A stretch of DNA of 64,000 nt from Squalus acanthias. Lineage: Eukaryota. The stretch is taken from the NCBI GenBank assembly GCA_030390025.1, contig CM059431.1, positions 127,288,001 to 127,352,000 of the forward strand. The letters are read 5' to 3'. The stretch's first letter is position 1, and the number at the start of each line of letters is the position of its first letter. The position numbers and the translations under genes were made by a program. Below, in pieces: positions 1-13,103 of the stretch. The notes under the pieces are model-generated. The model worked only from the letters and a program-made list of their open reading frames with translations, was not told the origin of the DNA and searched no databases.

Positions 1-129
1 GCCACACGCCTCCAAACCCGACTCCATGGGTCATTCAAAATCCAGCCCGGTGAGTTTCAGAGCAAAGAAAATATTGGTTACTGCATTTTTAAAACATTTA
101 CAGATTTCTTTAGCTTACAAGTTTTTAAA

Positions 130-548
130 TCCAACTATATGTCCAGTGCCACCTCATTGGGAGAACCTCTCTCACCAGTGACAGATCGCTTCTGTCACCT
201 CACCTGCAGCTGCCATGTATTCCAGCATATGGGGGGAGTCATTGGAGAGCCTGGGTGCAAGAGTTCACCTTTGTGCAGTGATTGTCAGTGTTTTCAGCAC
301 CTCAATGCTGTCAAAAACTGAGAAATCAACTGTCAAAATAAAATTGTGCATGGTCCCTTTAAGGAAACTGGCAGATGACGTCATCAGACCCGCTTCCCGT
401 TAATTGGCCAGCAAGCCCGCAGGGCGGGCTTAACAAGGTCAATCAAGGGAAAATTACGTCTGCGGAGCGGAGGCAGCTGGGGGCGGGACTGGAAGCCGGA
501 AACAAGCTGTCCCGCACCCATCCCGACAACGCTGACAAAATCACGGTC
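130..548 (-). mobile_element. Non-autonomous PIF/Harbinger remnant (Myb/SANT 5' region plus terminus)
   Basis: Homologous in reverse orientation to 2000-2380 and 32800-33100; ends in a TIR-like aaaatcacggtc (compare aaaatccagccc). Confidence 0.55.
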
Positions 549-1268
549 TTTGTGTCCTCCTCACAACTTGTTTTCCCACCTATCTTTGTATCATCAGCAA
601 ATTTGGCTACAGTACACTCGGTCCCTTCATCAAGTCATTAATATAGTTGAGGCCTCAGCACTGATCCCTGTGGCACCCCACTAGTTATACTTTGCCAACC
701 TGAAAATCACCCATTTATCCCGACTCTCTGTTTCCTGTTAGTTCGCCAATCCTCTATCCATGCTAATATATTATCCCCAACACCATGAGCTCTTATCTTG
801 TGCAGTAACCTTTTATGTGGCACCTATCGAATGCCTTTTGAAAATCCAAATACACTACATCGACTGGTTCCCCTTTATCCATGCTACTCATTACATCCTC
901 AAAGAACTCTAATATATTTGTCAAGCACGATTTCCCTTTTATAAAATCATGTTGACTCTGCTTGATTGTATTATGATTTTCTAAATACCCTGCTACTACT
1001 TCCTTAATAATGGATTCCAGCATTTTCCCTATAGTTTCCTGCTTTCTGTGTCCCTCCTTTCTTGAATAGGGGCGTAACATTTGCGGTTTTCCAATCCGCT
1101 GTGATCTTTACAGAATCTAGGGAATTTTGGAAGATTGCAACCAATGCATCCACTATCTCTGCAGCCACTTCTTTTAAGAGCCTAGGATGCAGGCCATCAG
1201 GTCCAGGGGACTTGTCAGCCTTTAGTTCCATTAGTTTGCCTAGTACTTTTTCTCTAGTGATAGTGATT

Positions 1269-1890
1269 TTTTTTTATTCGTTCATGGGATGTGGGCTTTG
1301 CTGGCAAGGCCAGCATTTATTGCCCATCCCTAGTTGCCCTTGAGAAGGTGGTGGTGAGCCACCGCCTTGAACAGCTGCAGTCCATGTGGTGAAGGTACTC
1401 CTACAGTGCTGTTAGGGAGGGAGTTCCAGGATTTTGACCCAGCGACGACGAAGGAATGGCGATATATTTCCAAGTCAGGATGGTGTGTGACTTGGAGAGG
1501 AACTTGCAGGTGGTGGTGTTCCAATGCACCTGCTGTCCTTGTCCTACTAGGTGGTAGAGGTCGTGGGTTTGGGAGGTGCTGCCAAAGAAGCTTTAGTGAG
1601 TTGCTGCAGTGCATCTTGTAGGTGGTACACACTGCAGCCACGGTACTGGTGGAGGGAGTGAACGTTTAAAGTGGTGGATGGGGTGCTAATCAAGCGGGCT
1701 GCTTTGTCTTGGATGGTGTCGAGCTTCTTGAGTGTTATTGGAGTTCCACTTATCCAGGCAAGTGGAGAGTATTCCATCACACTCCTGACTTGTGTTTCGT
1801 AGATGGTGGAAAGACTTTGGGGTGTCAGGAGGTGAGACACTCACCGCGGAATAACTAGCCTCTGACCTGCTCTTGTAGCCACAGTATTTA
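1269..1890 (-). mobile_element. 5'-truncated CR1-group (Zenon-like) LINE nested in CR1
   Basis: VRSVMEYSPLAW...KKLDTIQDKAARLI; same 3' end as 20300-20930; A-rich tail at about 1269-1275; tgatt repeated at 1264-1268 and 1891-1895. Confidence 0.85.
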
Positions 1891-1984
1891 TGATTGTTTT
1901 AAGTTCCTCCCTCCCTTTTTCCCCTTGATTTTCCACTATTATTGTGATGCTTTTTGTGTCTTCTACCGTGAAGACAGATACAAA

Positions 1985-2848
1985 GGCCGGAATCTTACCT
2001 GAGGAGGCGCGTTGTGAGTGGGACTGCTGGTTTCCGGGTTCTAGTCCCACCCCTAGTGATGTCTGACAACCTGACGCTATTTTCCCCTGATTGGCTTTGT
2101 TAAGCCTGCCCTGCGGGCTTGCCAGCCAATTAAGGGAAAGCCGGTGTCAGATGACGTCAGTGCATGACGCTTCATCTGCCGGTTTTGTTAAAGTGACAGG
2201 CCCTACATTTGTTTGACAGATGATTTGACAGTGTTTGACATTGAGGTGCTGTCAAACACTGACAATCACTGTCCAAAGGTGAGCTCTTGCACCCAGGCTC
2301 ACCAATTACTCTCTTCTTAGGAGAAAACAAATGGTAGCTGCATGTGAGATTGCAGAAGCCATCTGTCAATTCTTCTGATCAGATGAGGCTTCACAGAAAC
2401 ATCAAATCTTGTCACCTGCAGATACATATAATCAGAATAAAAATATTTCTCACTACATTCTCTCATGTGTCATACTTACCTGTGTACCATTGCACCCATC
2501 ACACTACCTCTTCAGCTGTCATTTGTACACTTACACTGTAGCAGACCCATAGCTCACCTCGTTGACCCTGGCGGGGTTTCCCGACATCGGGAAGCCCGCA
2601 TCAGCAGGCACAAAATGGTGAAAAGCCTCTTAACTGCCTGTTAACTAACTGTTAACAGGCAGTTAATTGGCTCTAATCCCCTTCCTGCCACTAGGAGACG
2701 GGTCCCTGCGCAAGTCGGGGACCCGCCTCCCGGGAAGATGGTTCGGAGGCGGGTTGGGAGTGGGGTTGGGACCCGCTCCCAATTTTTCCCATTTTCCCAC
2801 CAGTCCTGCCTCCAAACCCACCTCATCAGGGCTGGTAAAATCCAGGCC
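1985..2848. mobile_element. Non-autonomous PIF/Harbinger element nested in CR1
   Basis: TIRs ggccggaatcttacc / ggtaaaatccaggcc (12/15); 3-bp TSD aaa; excision restores CR1 AETLNKYFVSVFTVE. Confidence 0.9.
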
Positions 2849-4227
2849 AAAATATTTGTTCAAAGTCTCAGCCATTTCCTTGTTTCCCATTATTAATTCC
2901 CCAGTTTCATCCTCTAAGGTACTAATGTTTACTTTAGATAATCTCTTCCTTTTTATATACTTGTAGAAGCTCTTACTGTCTGTTTTTATATTTCTTGCTA
3001 GTTTACACTCATAATCTATTTACTCCCTCAATTATTGTTTTAGTCATCCGTTGCAAGTTTCTAAAAATGTCCCATTCTTCTGGCCTACCACTAATCTTAC
3101 AACATTGTATGCCTTTTCTTTCAATTGGACAACCTCCTTAACTTCCTTAGTTCGCCATGGATGGTTCATCATTCCCATAGAGTCTTTCTTTTTCACTGGA
3201 ATATATCTTTGTTGAGAGTTATGAAATATCTCCTTAAAAGTGTACCACGGCTTATCTACCATCTTACTTTTGAATCTATTTTCCCAGTCCAATTTAGCCC
3301 ACTCTGTCTTCATACCTTTGTAATAGCTTTTATTTAAGTTGAAGGCACTAGTTTCAGACCCAAGTTTCTCACCCTCAAACTGAATGTGAAATTCTATCAT
3401 GTTATGATCACTCTTCCCTAGAGAATCCTTTACTATGAGATAATTTATTAATCCTGTCTCATTACACATTACCAGATCTAAAATAGCCTGTTCCCTGGTT
3501 GGTTCCACAACATATTGTTCAAAGAAACTGTCCTGAATACACTCTATGAACTCATCCTCAAGGCTACCATTGTCAATTTGATTTGTCCAATCTATATGAA
3601 GATTAAAATCGCCCATGATTATTGCAGTACCTTTCTTACAAGCTCCCATTATTTTTGCTTTATACTCTGTCCTACAGTGTAGCTACTGTTAGGGGGCCTA
3701 TAGACTACTCCCACCAATGACTTATTTCCCTTATTATTTCTTATCTCCACCCAAACTGATTCTACATCTTGATCTTCCGAGCCAAGATCATTTCTCACCA
3801 CTGTATTGATCTCATCCTTTATTAAAAGAGCTACCCCCACCTCCTTTTCCTTTCTGCCTAACCTTCCAAAATGTCAAATACCCCATAATATTCAGTTCCC
3901 AGCCTTGTTCACCTTGCAATCACGTCTCTGTAATGGCTATCAGATCATACCCATTTATTTCTATTTGTGCCGTCAATTCATCTATCTTGTTGCGAATTCT
4001 ATGTGCATTCAGATAAAGAGCCTTTAATTTTGTCTTTTACCATTTTTCCCTACTCTGACTCTATTTGCTGGTGCAATCTTATGCTTATCAACTCTTATGC
4101 ATGTCCGCTCTGTCCCTTCCTGTCACACTCTGGTTAACATTACCCCTATCGCTACCCTGCACTATTGCCTTGTCCTTTCCCTTTAAATTTCTAAGTTTCC
4201 CTCACTTGAACCCTCCCCCCCGACTAT

Positions 4228-4237
4228 TTAGTTTAAA
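4228..4237 (-). promoter_or_regulatory. TTTAAAC heptamer plus ORF1 stop in the degraded CR1
   Basis: Minus strand reads GCT TTA AAC TAA, the same heptamer and phase as 28204-28213. Confidence 0.5.
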
Positions 4238-4544
4238 GCCCTATCTACAGCCCTAGTTATTCGATTCACCAGGACACTGGTCCCAGCATGGTTCAAGTGA
4301 AGCTCGTCCCAACAGAACAGCTCCCTATTTCCCCAGTACTGGTGCCAGTGCCCCATGAATCGAAACCCATTTCTCCCACACCAATCTTTGAGCCACGCAT
4401 TCAAATCTCTGATCTTATTGACCCTATGCCAATTTGCTCGTGGCTCAGGTAGTAATCCAGAGATTATTACCTTTGTGGTTCTGCTTTTTAATTTAGCCCC
4501 TAGCTGCTCATACTTCCTCAGCAGAACCTCTTTCTTAGTCATGA

Positions 4545-5460
4545 GGGAAAGCCAGCTACTGCTGCAAGCCCAGAGCTCTCTCATTCTAGCTGTTGGCATT
4601 CAGTGTGTAATAAACTGATTATCTCTGGTTAAGAAGGGATTGGTGACCTGCTTACTGCAGACTGGAAGATGCGGATGATGTCTCCTGTCGCAGCATGGAA
4701 GGAGCCTGAGGCGAAAAAGTTCAGGATGGTTGTGACTTTCACTGCCACTGACAAAGCATGGTTTCCTGGTTGAGCAAGTAGCAGGTCCTGCTGCAGGGGG
4801 CTGCACAGATCTGCAACAGCCTGCCTGACCCACTGCTCCTTTCACATGTCCAGGAAAGTGACTCTACACCTATAGACCCTGTGGACTTTCTACGAGCAGC
4901 ACCCCTTCACCTGCTGTGCTCAAACAAGCCAAGCTGCTGCTCATCCTGATCGCTGAGGCTGATGCTGCTGCTCCTCTTCTTCCAGCTGTTCTTCCAGCCA
5001 GAATAAAGAAGCAAAAATAGCACCCATGATAAGCTGAAAATGCTTAGTCAGGGTGAGTAAGGCACACAAATCAAAAAGACGCAATGTTTAAACCTGGCAA
5101 TCTACTAATCACAAAAGCGCACAGATCCTAAAACTCCAAATGCCTGCAAGTGAGTGTCCCTTTAAATAGTTCTTCCAGTCTTATCAGGGAGTTTCTGAGG
5201 CCAATCCTACGAGGTTTTACTGAACAGGTTGGCCGCTGGGTGGGACTTCAGCGCCACCCAATTAAAAAGCGTTGGGATTCCAGTGATATCTTGGGACCCC
5301 TATTTGCATAGAATGATCAGTCACCCGCCTGTTCCCCATGGGTGCAATTCCAACCTCCGGGAGTGGCACCGTTAAAATCACAACCAGGGAGTTTCCGGCA
5401 GGAACGGGGTCGTAAGTTCCACAATTTTAATTGCTCACCCATTCCATTCTCACCAGGTGG
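4545..5460. mobile_element. Degenerate Harbinger-family remnant
   Basis: Shares subterminal motifs (ccctttaaata, tatttgcata, GC-rich end) with other Harbingers here; no clean TIR pair. Confidence 0.35.
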
Positions 5461-5527
5461 GTTGGGCTATAATTGGGGAAGAGCCGAATAAAGGTAATGC
5501 TTCTACACAGAGGGACATTTTGTTCTG

Positions 5528-5735
5528 CTTGGCTCAGTTTGTAACAGTCTTGCCTTTGAGTCAGAAAGTTGTGGACTTATGTCCTACTCCAGGACTGAAG
5601 CACAGTGCAGTACTGAAGGACTTCTGCATTGCTGCGGCTGCTGTTTTTTGGATGAAATGAAAAAGAAAAGGCCCCATTTTTTAGCTCATTTGGGTGTGAA
5701 CAATCCTACGGCACTATTTGAGGAACAGGGAATTT
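5528..5735 (+). mobile_element. Deu-domain SINE (SacSINE1-like), 5' part
   Basis: tRNA-like head tggctcag...gagtcagaa followed by cagtgcagtactga...ggcactatttga; matches 21110-21372. Confidence 0.7.
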
Positions 5736-6589
5736 CTTTTAAGATTTTTTCAATCTGCACAGTGCATGAGCATGTTAATGCCATTATCATCACTGCGGCT
5801 TCTGCACATGATAGTTCACTAGCTATGTTTATATGCAAACTGACCAGTGGTCATCTCAGCTGAGGACACAAAACAAAGTACTCCAGAGCCTAGAAATCAT
5901 GACAGCATTATGGCTTACAATGGCACTAATTGAGAGAAAAGTGACAGTAAAATCGGAAATGCAGCTGAGTGCATGTTCCCCGATCAGTCCACATTGCTTC
6001 CCATATTACTATCACTATGAAAAGGTTTCTTTGTGCTAGTGCACATAACGTGGAGAAGGCTATTAATCCCGGCATTATTGCTGGTTGAACCATCATGGTG
6101 AGCTTGCAATGCCCTCCTTCTGCCCATATAATTTTACCAATAAAGCTGAACCAACATCTCTTGTGATGGAGATTCTGCAGGGAGCTGTTGATTTTATAAC
6201 ATTGTTGTTCTTTATACACAGCACAATGGAGATCGCAAGTACTCGACTTGGTTAAGGAGCAGAAGGCAGCGGCATTAGCAAGATTTGCTCGACAAAGATG
6301 TAAGTTGGTACCAAAGGAATAATGTTGAGACCTACTGCCAAGACTACCTATCAGGTACACTGCTTCAGGCACAGAATCCGCTATAGAACCATAGAATTAT
6401 CGAGGTTTACAGCACTGAATGAAGTCATTCCTCTGTGCTGGCTGTTTACTAGAACAATCCAAAATTTATTCCATTGTCCTGCCTTCTTCCCATAGTCCTG
6501 TAACTTCCTCTGCTGCCTGAAATTTGCTAAAGAATAGTGTCTTAGGTAGCTACAGTTTAGCAGGGATGCAATGACCAAGCTGTGACATC

Positions 6590-7140
6590 TCTTACATTTG
6601 CAATCTAGTAGCCATTAAGTTTATCCATGATCTTCAATGTTTATGCTTCCAGCTCCTTGCAGGCTGTGGTTGGTGGCACCAAGGAAGTGACGAGGTCTAG
6701 CACCTTCATAACATTTGCGATTGAGCAAGCGCAAGGGCTGGCGAATTCTATTGTACTGCTGGCTTTCCATGATTGATTGCACTCATTTGGGTCCTTGCCT
6801 AGAAAGGTGTCATCTCAGAAACAGAGAATGGTTCCGTTCTCTCAAATTTACAACCAGAACAAAATAATGCAGGTCAGTGACTAAATTACAGGCAGTTTCT
6901 ACAATGCCAGTCATCTGTGCCAGGCTTATTTAAAGGGCAATGTAGAGTGGATGGATAATTCCTGGGAGACCTACGCTATTCTCAACCTTAATTAATGGCA
7001 CCTTTGTGCCAGCCACAGACATTAGCAGATCACGGATACAACAAGGTCCAAGACAGCATTGTATTACAGCAACCCCTTCCACCAGCAGGGTATCCAGGAA
7101 TATTATTGTTTGATGCATGCTCTGTAACTTTCTGCAAAAA
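6590..7140 (+). pseudogene. Highly decayed Harbinger (HARBI1-like) transposase
   Basis: Residual AGFP..IDCTH and LGD..Y...LM.P motifs across frameshifts. Confidence 0.55.
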
Positions 7141-7654
7141 TCCTAACCACAGAGAAGAATCTAGAGTCTAGCACAGGAGGAAGGCAGAAAATATAAGACA
7201 GTTACTCCTGAAATACTAGAGCAGCCTAAAAGACTAGAGTGCCAGGCATGACTAATACAAGATACATTTAGCCAAGTGAGTGAGTTGCCTCTTGAAGCAA
7301 CTGTCCTATCCACATATACCAAAGAACTGTCCCAGAGCACCTCCAGCAGCACTCTTCTCAGCAGTGATGTCGCGCTGCATTATTGTCTGGCATCTAATCT
7401 ACAACTTCTAAGTGATTTCCTAATGGAAGGAATATGTGTGTTGGCAAGCTACATGACTTCACTGACAATCTTCTAGGAGTCTGGTGGTCCTAGATCTCCC
7501 TGCTAGGACCCTGTATTGGAGTCAGCCAAATCTATCAGACTGGGTAGCTGATTGTTGCGACCTGCTTTCAGAAATGTTCTCCCATGCTAGATGTGCCAGA
7601 GCATGAGTCCCAAAAAATGTGTGACTCCTCTCCTTGAATCCTTGCAATTGGACT

Positions 7655-7795
7655 TGCAGGACATTAAAGATTCCATGGCACTATTCAAAAAATAGCAGGG
7701 AGTTTTCTGAGTGTCCTGGCCAACATTTCTCTCTTAGCTAGTAATTTATCTCATTGCTGTTTGAGGGATCTTGCTGTGTGCAAATTAGCTAATGG
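7655..7795 (+). mobile_element. Deu-domain SINE fragment
   Basis: aaagattccatggcactatt...gtgtcctggccaaca...ttgctgtttg...ttgctgtgtgcaaatt. Confidence 0.65.
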
Positions 7796-7899
7796 GTTGA
7801 TTTTCTGCTGGGTATCCATTGCTGAAGTTACAGTGGATGATTGAGAAAAATCCCAGAGGAAATTTAGTTGATTCAAAAGGCAGTTCAGACACTTGGCTA

Positions 7900-8375
7900 A
7901 ATGTATCTTCTATTTGTAGTGCCCAGCATTCTAGTCTTTAGGCTGCTCTAGTATTTCAGTATGTTCTCTATGGTTTTAATGATCTTTCCTTAATGGGGTG
8001 CCAAAACTGCATATAGTACTCAAACTGTGGCCTAACCAATGTTTTGTACAAATTTATCATTACTTTTTTACTCTTGTACTATGTGGCTATTTATAAAACC
8101 AAAAATGCTTTTACCTTTTTTCTACCTGCATCCACACTTTCAGGGAATTATGCATTTGAACTCTTAGGTCTCTCTCTTCATCCACACCCTTTAGCATCCT
8201 TCTATTGAGTTTATACAACTTGCATTTATATAGCGCCTTTAAGGTAGTAAAAACAATTCAAGGCTCTTCACAGGAGCATTATCAAACAACATTTGGCACC
8301 GAAGTAATAGTTGTTGTAGTATTGAATTTATACTTTCATTCCTTGTTTTTCCTCCCAAAATGAATTACTTCACAC
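7900..8375 (-). mobile_element. CR1 RT C-terminal fragment with an embedded SINE/L2 tail (about 8215-8302)
   Basis: LYKTLVRPQFEYYMQFW-like and EVIHFGRKN segments; caacttgcatttatatagcgcc is the reverse of the shared SINE/L2 tail. Confidence 0.65.
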
Positions 8376-9026
8376 AGGTGGTCTGTTCATTGGAAGCCCA
8401 AGCAGTCCCTTGGAATCCAGTTAAATGTCAATGCCTAAAACGTCCTTAATCTAACACAGGATCTCAAAACCTCTGAATCACTGGACACAACCATTTAGGG
8501 TGATAACTGGTTGAGCTGGTAGTTCATTTATTGGTTGTTCCTGATATAAATTCTCTTCAATAATTTGTTGTCATTTGAAACTCTGAACGTGGCATGTGAA
8601 GTAGATTGAAAAAAAATCAATTTAAGTTTGCAATTTCTAGTCATTTCTAGTCATTGACTTGAGCTTCTGTGCCTAGAAATGGCATCAGTATTCATTATAT
8701 GGAGTTATTTGAGCTTTCTTTGATAGAGATAACTGCCCTACAAACATGACTATTACATTTCAAAGGACACATTGTTCTGCAAATTAAAGTTCAAATAAAT
8801 CATGGTACAATTTCCATAAATATTCCTCATCAGAAGCATGATTCTTTTTTCTAAAACAAAGAGAAATTAAGAATTGGGAGCTATGGTTGATAATGAGGAA
8901 GACTGCGACAAAGTACAAGAAGACATTAGCAAACTTGCAGAGTGGGCGTGTAAATGGCAAATGAATTGCAATATAGATAAGTGTGAGGTGCTGCATTTTG
9001 GTAGGAGGAATAGGCAGGCCACCTAC

Positions 9027-9587
9027 TGTTGAAGTTTTACATGCCGAGTAGAACACATAGAATCGTGTCAAAGAAGGCTTTTTAATAAAGTTTACTTGTT
9101 ACAAGGGAAGGTTCTGACACAGTCAAGTTGCTATGTCAGAATGCTTCGAATCTTACAAGATTTGAACATACTTTATACAAAAAGAACACAGAACAGGCCA
9201 TATGACATAGCATTAAACATCCTATTTAATGAGGCACAAACTTGTGAGTTATTGCATAGGTTTTCGTTATAATAACGAGCAGAAATTCCTTAAAGATCAG
9301 ATAACCAGACCTTCCTTGTGGGATCCCTTTGTTCAATGTTCATCCTCTAATCTGTGGGTTGATGGCTTACCTTATCTCATCCTGAGCTGGTTAGAACTAA
9401 TTGATGCCTTATTTTGCTAAGCTTTTCTTAGATAAGGAATTCTGAGTTGTCCCATCCTTGTAGCTAATTAGAATGATTTACTTATTATGGTGACTTCTAC
9501 TGTTGGCCATTTTGAATTCCCTTTTTTAAATTATTTTCTCAGAGAAGCCATTTTGTTTGTGTCTTAAAAGTAAACTGCACTTCCACA
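9027..9587 (-). repeat. ERV 3' LTR (561 bp)
   Basis: Minus strand TGTGGAAG...CTTCAACA; TATA-like GTATAAAG near 9175 and ATTAAA at 9081-9086; matches 16650-17209 except one C. Confidence 0.97.
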
Positions 9588-9608
9588 TTTTCCCCTTTTG
9601 TCCTTTCT
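9588..9608 (-). promoter_or_regulatory. Polypurine tract
   Basis: AGAAAGGACAAAAGGGGAAAA abuts the TG of the 3' LTR. Confidence 0.9.
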
Positions 9609-9941
9609 AGGACAACATAGCTTTCTCCTATCGGTCCTTATACTAACTTAAAATCTAGTCAAGGATACCGACTTCTTTTCTGTTTGTAACCATCCCCGGG
9701 ATATACCTGTATTGATGGTTGACCTTATCTAAGATCGTCCTTCTTCTCTGTCTATTCTCGGTGTTTGGGCGTAAGTTCTTGTAGGGGTTATAGTTGTGTT
9801 TTGGTGACTGTGGCGTACTTTTGTGGTTCATTAGTCTGCTGTTCTCTAACTTTTCCTGCAGCTTATACTAGCCTGCAGTTCGGGTGTTGCTATACACCCT
9901 CTAAGGAGATAGGGTACAGCAGTTCATAGAGGAGTTCTAAG

Positions 9942-10117
9942 TCATGGCCCACACAGTTTATGCCTAACCTGTGGGGTTCTCCTAGGGAACTGCAGCTTAT
10001 AGAGGAGGACTGATTCATGACCCACACAGTTTATACCTAACCTGTGGGGTTCTCCAAAGGAACTACAGCTGATTCATGACCCACACAGTTTATACCTAAC
10101 CTGTGGGGTTCTCCAAA
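9942..10117. repeat. Three-copy tandem repeat in the ERV 3' untranslated region
   Basis: Core tcatgacccacacagtttatacctaacctgtggggttctcc at 9942, 10015 and 10074. Confidence 0.9.
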
Positions 10118-10289
10118 GCACAAGTGCTTCTACGTGAGCCTCCAGAGTGCGGACGAAGTGGTATACAAGGTCGACGTCACCGGTAGTTGAAAGGAGTCCT
10201 CTCTCTTTCCCTAGCCTGCAGATCCCATTTGGGTGGAAGAATATTTTTACTGAAAGTGGGGAGCACGCAAAATGTGTATATATATATAT

Positions 10290-10900
10290 ATATGTATATT
10301 GTCAGTATTCAATCGTTTAGTCCCACTCCATGGTCTGTTATTAGTCAAATTCATCAAACTGGTAGTATCGAACCACCAGCTTTCCATGGAACTTCCTGCC
10401 CCGTACGTAATAAACTTTTGTATGCAACGACTTTTCCCCATATTAACTCTGTTCCCTTTAGTCTGTCCTAGATTGCGTTCCCAGCATATATCCCCGATCG
10501 GTCAGCCCTTTCCCGATGTATTGGTAAGGGCTAGAAAAGGAGGTACTTTCGTATAATCATACGTCGGCTTGTACCATCCCTTAAAATTTTCTAACGAATA
10601 TCCTGCCCCCTTAAACTCGTTTCTTAGGCTAGACCACTTTTGTTCCCATTTATTTCCGAAGGTGGATAGGGTGGTATTTTTCTGTTTCGTATGATTTTTA
10701 TTAATTATCCATTCTGCCATATCTGTGAGGTTCAAGGGTATCGGTCGCAGGGGTATTCCTCCTTTCACATGGGTAGGAATATGGCTACATACCCAACAGG
10801 CGTTTCTCCCACTTTTTTTGGCATACTTATGACATATACAAAAAGGTGTTCATATGTAATTCTCGTTTCTTTCGGGGTTCTTTTCTTCTCCCTTGGCAGG
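10290..10900 (-). pseudogene. env: env SU N-terminal remnant
   Basis: RKKRELHMNTFL..., NACWVCSHIPTHVKGGIPLRPIPLN (CXXC motif of gamma-type SU), several N-x-T sites; frameshifted, no TM domain. Confidence 0.8.
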
Positions 10901-10974
10901 CTATACATATCAGTCCGATTAGTAGGTAAAATGTAAATAACAGCTTCATTATTTAAGTCTTTTCAAATTCAAAT

Positions 10975-11720
10975 TCAACTGTCCTTATCTGATACTTTCT
11001 TGCAATGGGATGCGTGGATCCAGGTAGGTCTTTCCTTGACCTTTACAGCTGTATTTGTTGTCAAGAGTACTTGATATGGCCCTTCAAAGCATGGCTGCAG
11101 ACCGTTCTTCCTCTTAAAGACCTTTATGTAGACGTCATCTCCTGGTTCCAAATTATGGCACTTTCCTTCGGCCGGTTCCGTTTGAGCTTCCTTTACCTGT
11201 TGGTGAAAGCTGGAAATACATCTAGTTAATGCAATGCAATAGGTTAGCATATTTTCATCCATTTTATGAATGTCCATTTGTTTAACCGTAAAGGGTGCTG
11301 AGAATGGCAGTCTTTGGGGTCTTCCCATAACAATCTCATGTGGCGACAGTCCAGTTGTCCTGTTAGTTGCTGCTCGCATTACCATCAATGCTAAGGGTAA
11401 CAGTTCAACCCATTTTAGTCCAGTTTCATTGCAAAGTTTAGAAAGTTTATTCTTCAGCATTCCGTTATATCTTTCTACTAGTCTTGCGGATGATAACTGC
11501 AGTGGAAATGCTGATTAATCTGCAAAGCCTTACATAGTTCCTTTATGATCATTCCAGTAAAATGTGATCCGTTGTCACATGAAAGTTGCATAGGTATTCC
11601 AAACCTTGGTATGATTTCTTTTAGCAAACACTTCGCAACTGTTACAGCATCATTCTTTTTACATGGAAAAGCTTCAACCCATCTTGAAAACATATCTATG
11701 ATTACCAACACGTATAAGTC
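10975..11720 (-). pseudogene. pol: Integrase core and C-terminal domain, frameshifted, without the HHCC finger
   Basis: IIDMFSRWVEAFP, SCDNGSHF, YHPQ/LVERYNG (small deletion near 11484), [30 protein letters not shown]. Confidence 0.95.
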
Positions 11721-12841
11721 CTTCAAAATTTAATTTATTGGTTTTTTTACTCCTTTTTTTTTGTCTATTACGCCCCACCCTGTGTTGTTTTGCATTTTAC
11801 GATTCCCTTATCACTTCTATTTGTGTTTTGATGCTTGATATTCAACCTTGCTGGCATTTCTGCTATCTATTCCTGGCTGCATGTTGTCAGTTTCTGTTCT
11901 AAGAATTAAAACCCATCTTTGAATCTAACAGCTATTTCTTACAATTCTCTTCTTTGAGAAGGAAATAACCCTTATTGACTTCTCACAATCGGCTCTTGAC
12001 TAATCTAGCTAGTTCTTATTGCTCTCTCTCAACTTGGGCGTTAGTTAGTAGGGAGTCTTGAAGATTTCTCCCTTCTAATAGTCCATTCCGGTGTTCCAAT
12101 TCTGCCCCGCCTGGGGTATCCTCTGTTTCTTCTATCTTCCTGATGTTACCCCGCCTGGGGTGGTCTCTACATTGCTTCGGATCTTCTCTTTCGGTGTGCT
12201 CAATTTGTTAGTGCTGGTTAGTCATGGGCATGAGTACCCAATTGGCTTGTGTATCTTACTACATAGGTTACATATATCAAATGTACTATCATTAAATTTG
12301 GAGAACTACCAGAGCGTGTGAAATAATACAAATCTAAGTGTGTGCTGATATATATTAAGCCCAATTATCCCACCAGTGTGAGTTGTCCCCTATGCTGTCA
12401 ATTTCAATATCTATTCTCGAGTTGTCTTCCTTCAGAACATAAAAAATGCTTTAGGGAGGAGTTCAGTCGCATCATGAGCTCACTGATAACCTTAGACAAC
12501 AGGGGAATGTCATATCCGAATTATGCCACATAATTGTGCAGCTCATACTTAAGTACCTCATTTACTGTCAGTTTCACTTGAGCATAGGTTTCGATATTAT
12601 GTAAAATGTGTTGGTTAACGGGACAGGTCCTGTTAGACCCGTAACGCATGGTAGTTGCGGTAGTAGTGACATAGGAGGCACGACCAAAACCACCTCATAC
12701 TGGATTCGCACTGGTTTTTCCCACGCTCTGTTACCTACAAAACACAATTATTACAGTCACAGTTAAATTCAGTCTTACAATCATTTCAAGCAACATTACA
12801 GTTTAACATCTAATCAACAAATCATGGACTTAAAAGATTCT

Positions 12842-13103
12842 GATGCGGAGATGCCGGTGTTGGACTGGGGTGGACAAAATTGAGAGGTCGCACAACACCA
12901 GGTTATAGTCCAACAGTTTTATTTGAAATCACAAGCTTTCGGAGCTATCGATTTGCTCCTTCCTCAGGTGAAGTAAATTAGATACAGAATCTCCAAAGCA
13001 TGCATCTAATTTACTTCACCTGAGGAAGGAGCAAATCGATAGCTCCGAAAGCTTGTGATTTCAAATAAAACTGTTGGACTATAACCTGGTGTTGTGCGAC
13101 CTC
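12842..13103. mobile_element. Penelope-like element remnant (inverted pseudo-LTRs) inside the ERV
   Basis: Perfect inverted arms of about 101 bp (12883-12983 and 13004-13104); flanking duplication ttaaaagattct at 12830-12841 and 13104-13115. Confidence 0.8.
13016..13058 (+). ncRNA. Minimal type I hammerhead ribozyme-like motif (mirror copy at 12929-12971, minus strand)
   Basis: tcac-CTGAGGA-a-ggagc[aaatcgata]gctcc-GAAA-gctt-gtga: CUGANGA/GAAA core, 5-bp stem II, palindromic AAGCTT stem III. Confidence 0.7.

Larger units (their letters stand above)
549..4540 (-). mobile_element. CR1 LINE, degraded (ORF1 esterase C-terminus, APE endonuclease, RT), interrupted by two insertions
   Basis: ORF pieces KLKSRTTKVIISGLLP...RALN*, GVVYRPPNS, MGDFN, SDHN, KSPGPDG, SCLTN, YLDFQKAFD. 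The frame is restored across the inserts at 1269-1890 and 1985-2848. Confidence 0.93.

Noticed and set aside
5926..6372. 148-aa minus-strand ORF as a host gene
   Set aside because: No recognisable motif or splice context; adjacent to decayed TE sequence.
9942..10117. CRISPR-like repeat-spacer array
   Set aside because: Three units with related intervening sequence, inside a vertebrate ERV, with no cas genes.
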